DNA from: Saprospiraceae bacterium
GTDB taxonomy: Bacteria > Bacteroidota > Bacteroidia > Chitinophagales > Saprospiraceae
Assembly: GCA_035426385.1 (NCBI GenBank)
Contig: DAOLZQ010000007.1
Span: 252 to 64,251, forward strand
DNA length: 64,000 bases
Reading direction: 5' to 3'
Shown in pieces: positions 46,919-54,474 of this stretch. The first letter of the stretch is position 1. Every line of letters starts with the position of its first letter. The notes under the pieces were generated by a model, which had not been told where the DNA came from, did no database searches, and saw nothing but the letters and a program-made list of their open reading frames with translations. A program made the translations under genes and the position numbers.

Positions 46919-48487
46919 TTATAATTTAATGAATTTTTGAGTCAACTGGTTATCAGAGGTCTTTACCCTTGCGAAATAACTTCCCGCCGGCAATGTATGT
47001 ATATCAATCTCCATTTGATACATTCCATTGTCTGCATACTGATTGCTGTATTTAGAAATAAACACTTTGCCATTAAGATCAATGATATCCACAGTAATGG
47101 GCTGAGCTCTGCTAAGTGTAAAAGGAACTGTAATTTTGTTTTTAGAAGGATCGGGATATATTGGGAAGATCTTGTCCTTCATAAAATCAAGAACCACCTT
47201 TTTATTATCCAGTATATCACCGAATACCAAATTCTCATCACCCGGTTGATACGTCATAAAAATCAGAGGCAAATAATACATCTCATCCGAAGTTTTCTCA
47301 CCCCAAGATACAGTTTTAGGCGGGTTATTTGGATTATAAGGATTATTTGTGGTGTTATCATACGTAGCAAAAGCGTGTATCTGTGACCCTTTCGGAAGTA
47401 CTACGGGCTTTACAAAGTTGTACGCACCCTGCCAGTTGAAGTCCCAATCATTTATTTTCATCACATCAATGCGGGTTTGGTTCGGTAGTACCGCATAGAT
47501 CTCCCACTTTCTGCCCAATAAGTGCATATGGGGTGAGACGCCCAGGAAAGTGACATCATATGGGAGTGTGATGAGTCCATGAAATTCTTTGACCGTATTT
47601 GGTGGTATCACAAATACATCGCCTTGTAAAACACCGGGGATAGGCAACATGACATACGACTGTACGAAGCGCGTAGGAATGTCTTTACTAAAGAATAAAT
47701 TGATAGAAGTACTATCCCATTCATCTGTAGCGGAGGGCGCATAGTGCATTTGCAATAGTAAATCAGAATTTTTAGGGATTCTCATTGCTAATCCATCAGT
47801 ATAAACTATGGGTTTCTGACCGGGTACATATCCCGGTAGTTGATTGTTCAGTTGACCCGATATTGAGCTGCTAGAACCTGAAAATCCATATTCCGGTGTA
47901 GCCGCATCCGCATCTCGCGAGGCTGAAGTAGAATCTGCCCATATCAGAGTGTGATGTACGACCTTCTTGTTCCCCGGTCTAACCTCCAGTGCAGTCAGAT
48001 ATTTGGTTTCAGTCAGGTGAGTTGGAATAACAAAGTAACGATACTCATCGGTACCTGTACCTTTGTGTAAATAGGATTGGGCAAATGAGACTACCATATC
48101 CGGAGTACCGATCTGCGAACCCGTAGGAAATACGGGGAATTGCGGTTCAATATTGGGATCACCTCTTTCCATTCCCTGATCTACCCAGGTGGATATCAGA
48201 TTAATTTCTTCATCTGACAAGAAATTTTGCTTTTGATAGTCACGGATTCCTCTTTCAGGCTTGAAAGGCGGCATATATTTGATCCCGGTGACATACTTAA
48301 TAAAATTTCCCCGATCCTTGACTTCTGCGTAGTTGGTCAACGAAAAAGGCGCGATTTCGCCCGGTCTATGACAAGAACCACATTTATTATATATGATCGG
48401 AGCAATATGCTCTGCAAAAGTAACTTGTTGTGCCTCGGCTTTATAAAAGATGCCAAAGCAAAGAATAGATAATAATAGAATTCGCAT
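46919..48487 (-). CDS. secreted CxxCH-motif / PHM-DBH-type copper monooxygenase-like protein with T9SS sorting domain
   Basis: Signal peptide, then C36-G-S-C-H40 in an IAPIIYNKCGSCH...MPPF context. The copper ligand pattern is H178-H179, H248, H320-x-H322 and M403 (in TSDEM), plus DWDFNWQ. The C-terminus IYPDPSKNKITVPF...GSYFARV is a T9SS domain. Confidence 0.7.
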   Translation of the reverse strand: MRILLLSILCFGIFYKAEAQQVTFAEHIAPIIYNKCGSCHRPGEIAPFSLTNYAEVKDRGNFIKYVTGIKYMPPFKPERGIRDYQKQNFLSDEEINLISTWVDQGMERGDPNIEPQFPVFPTGSQIGTPDMVVSFAQSYLHKGTGTDEYRYFVIPTHLTETKYLTALEVRPGNKKVVHHTLIWADSTSASRDADAATPEYGFSGSSSSISGQLNNQLPGYVPGQKPIVYTDGLAMRIPKNSDLLLQMHYAPSATDEWDSTSINLFFSKDIPTRFVQSYVMLPIPGVLQGDVFVIPPNTVKEFHGLITLPYDVTFLGVSPHMHLLGRKWEIYAVLPNQTRIDVMKINDWDFNWQGAYNFVKPVVLPKGSQIHAFATYDNTTNNPYNPNNPPKTVSWGEKTSDEMYYLPLIFMTYQPGDENLVFGDILDNKKVVLDFMKDKIFPIYPDPSKNKITVPFTLSRAQPITVDIIDLNGKVFISKYSNQYADNGMYQMEIDIHTLPAGSYFARVKTSDNQLTQKFIKL

Positions 48488-48497
48488 GATTTTTCTT

Positions 48498-49052
48498 TTA
48501 TTTTATGATAAAACAGCCAATAGGTTCCGTATTGGCGGGTATACTCTTTGTGCCATATAATACATTCTCCAGGGCATCAGCTACATATTTTTCTGTAACT
48601 ACTGACCTTTTCTTTCCAAGAGTTTCATATTGATTGTCCAATTTTCCTCTATACAAAATAGAATTTCTCTGATTATCCCACAGTATCACCTCGGGAGTAA
48701 TAGATGCTTTGAATTTTCGAGTCCATTTCTGGCCTTTATCAACTACCGACTCACAATGCAAGTTATATTTTTCTTTAAAATTCTCAATTGATTCTTTTGT
48801 GGACTCTCGATTATTGGGAAATATCATAACAAATTGCACACTGTCAGAACTATATCGGGCCATTAATTCTTTCCAATTGAGCGTGATCTGCTGACAAATG
48901 GGACAAGATTCGGATACAAAAATGTAAATAGTGTAAAGTGGTTTCTCATTGCTACTGCTTATAGAGCTACTATATAGGTCGACGCCGGCTATTGAAAAAC
49001 TCAGAAAAAGTACAAAAAATAATCTCATAACTTTGATCATATGTCGGTCCAT
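48498..49052 (-). CDS. secreted thioredoxin-fold protein (CPIC active site)
   Basis: Hydrophobic leader, YIFVSESCPICQQ (CxxC) and ITPEVILW (a cis-Pro-like loop). There is a 10-nt gap to the monooxygenase-like gene. Confidence 0.7.
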   Translation of the reverse strand: MDRHMIKVMRLFFVLFLSFSIAGVDLYSSSISSSNEKPLYTIYIFVSESCPICQQITLNWKELMARYSSDSVQFVMIFPNNRESTKESIENFKEKYNLHCESVVDKGQKWTRKFKASITPEVILWDNQRNSILYRGKLDNQYETLGKKRSVVTEKYVADALENVLYGTKSIPANTEPIGCFIIK

Positions 49053-49054
49053 AA

Positions 49055-49086
49055 AATTTTATAACCCATTATTGAGTTATAAAATT
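49055..49086. promoter_or_regulatory. 11-bp perfect inverted repeat abutting the thioredoxin-fold gene start
   Basis: AATTTTATAAC (49055-49065) and GTTATAAAATT (49076-49086) are separated by 10 nt. The repeat starts 3 nt upstream of the ATG at 49052, and it is AT-only. Confidence 0.3.
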
Positions 49087-49159
49087 ATTGAATGTGCATT
49101 TTACTTCAACATTTAACTACATCTTTGTTTAAATAGATTAATAATAATAAAATTTAAAA

Positions 49160-49477
49160 ATGTCAGAACAACAACAACCGGAAAATCAACTGAATATCGA
49201 ATTAAGCGAAGAAGTCGCTGAAGGTACATATGCCAATCTGGCTATTATCACCCATTCACACAGCGAGTTTGTGGTAGACTTTATTCGTGTCATGCCCAAT
49301 GTTCCCAAGGCAAAAGTGCAATCTCGCATCATCATGACACCTCAACACGCTAAGAGATTGCTAAATGCACTTCGTGATAATATCACGAAATTTGAAAATA
49401 ATTTTGGGGCAATCCAAGATTTGGAAATGCCACCTATACCGCCGATTAACTTTAATGCTCCGAAGGCAAAAGCCTAA
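49160..49477 (+). CDS. DUF3467-family protein
   Basis: EGTYANLAIITHSHSEFVVDFIRVMPN...AKVQSRIIMTPQHAKRLLNAL matches my recollection of DUF3467. Confidence 0.65.
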   Translation: MSEQQQPENQLNIELSEEVAEGTYANLAIITHSHSEFVVDFIRVMPNVPKAKVQSRIIMTPQHAKRLLNALRDNITKFENNFGAIQDLEMPPIPPINFNAPKAKA

Positions 49478-49514
49478 TTCGCTAAATTATATTTTTAAAA
49501 ATAAAGGGATTAAT

Positions 49515-50126
49515 ATGAAATACAGGATGAATTCTTTGCTCCAGGTAAAGTCAATGGTATTTTTGAGTTTTATTTTTTGGCTTCCATTTATGGGTCAGGC
49601 TCAGGTAGAGCAGACTCCGAAAGAAAAAGAATCCTATACTAATCCATCTATTAATAATAGAGCTGCCCCACCCCGCTACGAGCATCGAGGTGACAGAAGA
49701 GGTGGAGACCAGTGTACCTGTCGAGAGTGCCAGCATAAGATGAATATGCAGGCACATCAAGGACCGATGATGACGCCCGAAGAAGGTGCAATGAATATCA
49801 ATAGATATCGTAAACTGCGTAATACAGGGATAGGACTGATGATAGGTGGTGCTGTAGTTACTGGAGCAGGAATAGGTATCCTGGCATATAGCTTTGTAAA
49901 GAAGGATAAAGAAGGTGAATATAAATTCACCGACAGTCCTGATCCTATCCTGGCTATTGCGGGCAGTGGTACTGCCCTATTGGGCAGTGCAGCGCTAACT
50001 TCAGGGACAGTACTGACAATAGTAAGCTCTATTAAGATGAATCGAACCCGCTCAGCCATGAGGGATATGGGTACTCTCGATTTACAGTCCGGCAGAAATG
50101 GTTTAGGGCTTTGCCTAAGGTTCTAA
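49515..50126 (+). CDS. hypothetical membrane protein
   Basis: I chose the in-frame ATG at 49515 (MKYRMNSLLQVKSMVFLSFIFWLPFMGQAQ signal) rather than the track start at 49365, which overlaps DUF3467. There are two Gly-rich TM segments. Confidence 0.5.
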   Translation: MKYRMNSLLQVKSMVFLSFIFWLPFMGQAQVEQTPKEKESYTNPSINNRAAPPRYEHRGDRRGGDQCTCRECQHKMNMQAHQGPMMTPEEGAMNINRYRKLRNTGIGLMIGGAVVTGAGIGILAYSFVKKDKEGEYKFTDSPDPILAIAGSGTALLGSAALTSGTVLTIVSSIKMNRTRSAMRDMGTLDLQSGRNGLGLCLRF

Positions 50127-50130
50127 TCCA

Positions 50131-51159
50131 TTAAAAGTCGAGCGACTGCTGCTGTATTGCCGGCTTATTAATACCAAGATGTCGATATGCTTTGTCTGTG
50201 ACAATCCGGCCTCTAGGTGTTCGCTGAAGAAATCCTTCCATGATCAGGAAGGGCTCGTACACTTCTTCTATTGTCCCGCTCTCCTCTCCTACTGAGGTAC
50301 TAATGGTATTGATACCTACAGGTCCACCATTAAATTTCTCTATTATGCTGCGAAGGATTCGATTGTCCATCTCATCAAGACCCAGTTCATCCACGTTTAG
50401 AGCATCTAGTCCCATCTTTGCAATTTCAAGAGTGATGGTGCCTTTCCCTTTTATCTGCGCAAAATCACGCATACGCCGCAATAATGCGTGAGCTATTCTC
50501 GGTGTTCCTCTGCTGCGGCGTGCTATCTCATGAATGCCTGCAGGTTCAGCCGGCACTTGTAATATTTTAGTCGCTCTAAGAATTATTCCCTCCAGAGTAG
50601 GTACATCATAATAATCAAGCAAAAAAGTAATTCCAAATCTCGCGCGCATAGGAGCACTTAGCAATCCTTGACGTGTAGTTGCACCTACCAGAGTAAATGG
50701 ATTTAAAGCCAACTGTACACTACGTGCATTGGGACCGGAGTCAATGAGTATGTCTATTCTATAATCTTCCATAGCGGAGTATAGGTACTCCTCTACCACA
50801 GTATTGAGACGATGTATCTCGTCAATAAACAACACATCACCGGATTCCAGATTAGTCAGTAAGCCTGCGAGATCACCCGGCTTATCCAGTACAGGTCCGG
50901 AGGTCATTTTGAGCTGAGCGCCGAGTTCATTTGCTATAATATTACTCAGTGTGGTTTTTCCCAGTCCGGGAGGTCCGTGAAGCAGTACATGATCCAAAGC
51001 TTCGCCTCTGAGTTTTGCAGCCTGAATGAATATGGAAAGATTTTCAACGATCTTCTTCTGACCTTTAAAATCATCAAAATACCCAGGCCTGAGCGTACGT
51101 TCGATCACCTTCTCTTCCTGAGAATGTGCAAACTGTTCTTCTTTTTTATTATTCTTCAC
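50131..51159 (-). CDS. ruvB: Holliday junction branch migration helicase RuvB
   Basis: Walker [10 protein letters not shown], Walker B LFIDEIHR, sensor and RuvB C-terminal winged helix. GTG start. Confidence 0.95.
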   Translation of the reverse strand: MKNNKKEEQFAHSQEEKVIERTLRPGYFDDFKGQKKIVENLSIFIQAAKLRGEALDHVLLHGPPGLGKTTLSNIIANELGAQLKMTSGPVLDKPGDLAGLLTNLESGDVLFIDEIHRLNTVVEEYLYSAMEDYRIDILIDSGPNARSVQLALNPFTLVGATTRQGLLSAPMRARFGITFLLDYYDVPTLEGIILRATKILQVPAEPAGIHEIARRSRGTPRIAHALLRRMRDFAQIKGKGTITLEIAKMGLDALNVDELGLDEMDNRILRSIIEKFNGGPVGINTISTSVGEESGTIEEVYEPFLIMEGFLQRTPRGRIVTDKAYRHLGINKPAIQQQSLDF

Positions 51160-51182
51160 AATGAACCGGATCGTAGACCATT

Positions 51183-51190
51183 CAAAGATA
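51183..51190 (-). promoter_or_regulatory. -7 promoter box (TATCTTTG on minus strand) for ruvB
   Basis: CAAAGATA on the plus strand, 23 nt upstream of the GTG at 51159. Confidence 0.45.
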
Positions 51191-51283
51191 TATAAAAAAT
51201 GAGTAATACTTTATTTACCATCGAGTCTGCAGAAAAAGGAACTAAGAATTTTTGATTTTCTTATTTTGAGGCAAATTACGTCG

Positions 51284-52726
51284 ATGAAAGTATTACATAT
51301 AGCAGCAGAATGCTTCCCGGCTGCAAAGGCGGGTGGACTTGGAGATGTGGTGGGTGCACTGCCCAAATACCTCAATAAGACAGGTATCAATACAGCAGTG
51401 GTAATCCCAAAGTATGGCCGAAAATGGATTTGGGAACAAGAATATAAGCTATTATTTCAGGGTTCAGTCAGAATAGGACTCCAAAAGATTCCATTCATCG
51501 TTGAGCAGGAGACGACCGATAAACTAGGATTCACGCTTTTTGTAGTGCGTATTCCGGCACTATATGATCGTGGTGGAATATATATTGACGAAAATACCGG
51601 TTATGGATATCGGGATGAATTTCAGCGGGCGGTAGCTTTTCAGCAAGCCGTCTTGATTTGGTTAAAATCCTGGGGAGACGCGCCGGATATCTTACACTGT
51701 CATGACCATCATACAGCACTAATTCCATTTTTTATCAATTATTGCCCCGAATATAAAGAACTGAGCAATAAAGCAACCGTGCTAACCATTCACAATGGCG
51801 TATACCAAGGTGCGTATCCCTGGAGCTATAAGGAGTATTTGCCATACTTCTATGCCGAGGGAGCAAAAGTACTGGACTGGAATAATAATATAAATTGCCT
51901 TGCTACCGGCATCAAATGTGCCTGGCAAGTAACTACCGTATCCCATTCTTATCTTGAAGAATTAACGCAGCGATCTAATGGCCTGGAGAGACTCATACTC
52001 GCTGAGTGGTCTAAATGTACCGGCATTCTGAATGGAATAGATACCGATACCTGGGATCCTGCCACAGACCCACGGATTTCCTTCCGACTGAAGGATGGCG
52101 ATATAGTCACCTTTAAAAAGCAAAATAAAGCACGATTGACCGAGCGGTTTGCGATAGATCCTAAGCTGCCCATCATTTCTTTTATAGGCCGTCTGGTGAA
52201 TGAAAAGGGTGCCGATCTATTGCCGGAAGTGATCAGGCGAACTGTCTATCATGGATATAATGTGAACTTTATAGTCTTGGGTACTGGCGAAAAAGAGCTG
52301 GAAAACAGTTTTCGACAATTAAAATGGCAGTTTCAAAATCGCTTTGATTGTTCATTGGAGTACAACGAAGATCTGGCTCATGAAGTCTACGCCGGCAGTG
52401 ACTTTATCATAATGCCCAGCCGTGTAGAGCCTTGTGGACTAAATCAAATGTATGCCATGAGATATGGAACTATACCTATAGTCAGGTCCGTAGGCGGTCT
52501 CACAGACACTGTATGGGATCATGGAGATTGGGAGGGAAGAGGCTTTCGTTTTTCTCAATTTTCGGTAGAGGACTGTCTAAATGCGATATCTAGGGCACTT
52601 ACAGTGTATTATAACAGGCCTGAATTCTCACGTCTGCAAAAACACGACATGCAAATCGATTTCTCTTGGGAGAAATCAGCACAAAATTACATACAGATAT
52701 ATAAGCGTTGTCTGAACCAGCAATAA
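51284..52726 (+). CDS. glgA: glycogen synthase (GT5)
   Basis: MKVLHIAAECFPAAKAGGLGDVVGALP N-terminal signature and a C-terminal SRVEPCGLNQMYAMRYGTIPIV. I preferred the ATG at 51284 to the TTG at 51266. Confidence 0.9.
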   Translation: MKVLHIAAECFPAAKAGGLGDVVGALPKYLNKTGINTAVVIPKYGRKWIWEQEYKLLFQGSVRIGLQKIPFIVEQETTDKLGFTLFVVRIPALYDRGGIYIDENTGYGYRDEFQRAVAFQQAVLIWLKSWGDAPDILHCHDHHTALIPFFINYCPEYKELSNKATVLTIHNGVYQGAYPWSYKEYLPYFYAEGAKVLDWNNNINCLATGIKCAWQVTTVSHSYLEELTQRSNGLERLILAEWSKCTGILNGIDTDTWDPATDPRISFRLKDGDIVTFKKQNKARLTERFAIDPKLPIISFIGRLVNEKGADLLPEVIRRTVYHGYNVNFIVLGTGEKELENSFRQLKWQFQNRFDCSLEYNEDLAHEVYAGSDFIIMPSRVEPCGLNQMYAMRYGTIPIVRSVGGLTDTVWDHGDWEGRGFRFSQFSVEDCLNAISRALTVYYNRPEFSRLQKHDMQIDFSWEKSAQNYIQIYKRCLNQQ

Positions 52727-52858
52727 TTACTTTTCTATTTTACCAGAATGATGAGTTAATCGGAACAATACCGATTGACTTACTAACAATTGTAATCATA
52801 TAATCCACAATCTTTCAACAATTTGATTAAAATATGTAAAATATTAGTAATATCTTTT

Positions 52859-52866
52859 TATGTTTG
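52859..52866 (+). promoter_or_regulatory. -7 promoter box TATGTTTG for the S24 repressor gene
   Basis: Exact TAnnTTTG, 28 nt upstream of the ATG at 52895. The palindrome ATATTAGTAATAT (52841-52853) lies directly upstream. Confidence 0.45.
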
Positions 52867-52894
52867 TCCTTAATAACTAATACATTACAAAAAA

Positions 52895-53734
52895 ATGTCA
52901 AGTATTATTTCGGAGCGCTTTATTCTGGCGGTAAACCAACTCATTAAAGAGAATAAAGTAAAGAGTATTCGCCAATTCTGTCAATCAATAAATTATTTAC
53001 CTCAGAGTATTTCGCAAGTGATACATGGTCAGCGTGATGTCACCATCGATGTTCTGCGCAACGCCATTGAGAAATACAATATTAATCCACTGTTTCTCTT
53101 CATGGGTGAAGGCAGTGTGTTCATCGAGGCCGAGGAATTGTATAATTTTAAAACCATCACTATTGTCACTGACCGGGATCAGAATGAACGTATTGTTCAT
53201 GTTCCCATGCCTGCCCAGGCAGGATATGCTGATGGCTTTAACAATCTCGAGATGATCCGCGATTTACCCTCTTATACGCTGCCCGATATCACTTACCAGA
53301 CAGGTACCTATCGCAGCTTCGATGTAAAGGGAGACAGCATGCATCCCACTATCGAAGAACAGGAAATCCTCATCTGTAGCTACTTAGAACCTACTCTTTG
53401 GGAATCTGCTATCAGAGACCACCATGTATACGTAATAGTAACACATAATGATGTGGTAGTAAAGCGAGTCATCAATAAACTGCGACGTCATAAACATCTC
53501 GAATTGCATAGCGACAATGAGGCTTTCAATATGTATAGGGTGAATGGAAATGAAATAAGAGAAATCTGGTTTGTTAAATCCAAAATTTCAAAGTTCCGTC
53601 ATTCTGCTTCACCCCATTTTCACAATCAACATAATGAAGACCTTAAAGCTTATCTTCAAACAATACAAGCTCAGGCAGATATCATCAGCACTTTAAAATT
53701 ACAATCCAATCTTTATCAGGAAGTTAAGCAGTAA
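52895..53734 (+). CDS. HTH + peptidase S24 (LexA/CI-like) transcriptional repressor
   Basis: N-terminal HTH (IRQFCQSINYLPQSISQVIHGQRDVT). The C-terminal S24 domain has GDSMHPTI (Ser) and VVVKRV (Lys). Confidence 0.75.
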   Translation: MSSIISERFILAVNQLIKENKVKSIRQFCQSINYLPQSISQVIHGQRDVTIDVLRNAIEKYNINPLFLFMGEGSVFIEAEELYNFKTITIVTDRDQNERIVHVPMPAQAGYADGFNNLEMIRDLPSYTLPDITYQTGTYRSFDVKGDSMHPTIEEQEILICSYLEPTLWESAIRDHHVYVIVTHNDVVVKRVINKLRRHKHLELHSDNEAFNMYRVNGNEIREIWFVKSKISKFRHSASPHFHNQHNEDLKAYLQTIQAQADIISTLKLQSNLYQEVKQ

Positions 53735-53760
53735 TGCTTATATCAATACTTAAATAGTCC

Positions 53761-54390
53761 ATGGGTATATCCAGCTATAGAATTTTAATTGTGTTGTTGT
53801 TATTTCTCATAGCGCTGATGACCAATTATGTGTTCATCGCTTTTTACACCGCCTCACTCATTTATACCCGAATAGACAAACTGCCAGCCTGTGACACAGC
53901 CCTCCTACTGGGAACATCTAAAGTAAGGAGTGGTGGCAGGGTCAATATTTATTTTGACAACAGAATTCGCGCTACTGCAGAACTCTTTCATGCGGGTAAG
54001 ATTCAAAAGATTATTGCCTCTGGTGATAACCGTAAACTCAGTCATCAAGAAGTAGATTGGATGGAACATGACCTTCTCGAAATGGGCATACCGGATTCTG
54101 CCATATTGAGAGATAATTCCGCATATCGAACCTGGAATTCTATGAGAAATGCAAAATATGAGTTCAATCAAAATCGACTCATCGTGATTTCACAAGAATT
54201 TCACTTGCAGCGAGCATTGACCATTGGCCGTAGCCTGGGCATGGAGGTATATGGCTACGCGGCCGAAGAGCCCTTTAGCGGCTACCTGTTAAAGAATATT
54301 TTCAGAGAACTCTTGGCAAGAGTAAAAATGTGGTTTGATATATTAATTCCTACGGGCAAATCAACTTCGAAAAAGATCAGTGCGAAGTAA
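53761..54390 (+). CDS. SanA/YdcF (DUF218) family protein
   Basis: N-terminal TM helix, then ALLLGTS...NRI..A..L...GK...II.SGD, typical of SanA. Confidence 0.7.
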   Translation: MGISSYRILIVLLLFLIALMTNYVFIAFYTASLIYTRIDKLPACDTALLLGTSKVRSGGRVNIYFDNRIRATAELFHAGKIQKIIASGDNRKLSHQEVDWMEHDLLEMGIPDSAILRDNSAYRTWNSMRNAKYEFNQNRLIVISQEFHLQRALTIGRSLGMEVYGYAAEEPFSGYLLKNIFRELLARVKMWFDILIPTGKSTSKKISAK

Positions 54391-54433
54391 TAATACATTT
54401 CTATTACTTATATATGATATTTAGAAATTTAAA

Positions 54434-54441
54434 TAGTTTTG
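54434..54441 (+). promoter_or_regulatory. -7 promoter box TAGTTTTG for smc
   Basis: Exact TAnnTTTG, 33 nt upstream of the ATG at 54475. Confidence 0.45.
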
Positions 54442-54474
54442 CCGATAGCAGAATTTCAATAATTTCGCACCCTA

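Noticed and set aside
46937-47386. 149-aa plus-strand ORF, together with similar long antisense or out-of-frame ORFs at 9213-9527, 34002-34307, 36059-36379, 41948-42286, 42343-42648, 54456-54776 and 12929-13213.
   Set aside because: All are fully embedded in well-supported genes with clear family motifs. Their translations are low-complexity or Ile/Leu/Ser/Arg-rich with no motifs. They are typical shadow ORFs.
49365-49514. N-terminal 50 codons of the 253-aa ORF, overlapping the DUF3467 gene.
   Set aside because: The overlap is out of frame with a well-formed gene. The internal ATG at 49515 gives a proper signal peptide.
52758-52776. Hairpin AATCGG-N7-CCGATT after glgA, considered as a possible terminator.
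   Set aside because: The stem is only 6 bp and no T tract follows. That is insufficient for an intrinsic terminator call.
52895-53734. Prophage or integrative element around the S24 repressor.
   Set aside because: The flanking genes are glgA, sanA and smc. They show no compositional shift, attachment repeats or phage genes, so I treated the repressor as chromosomal.
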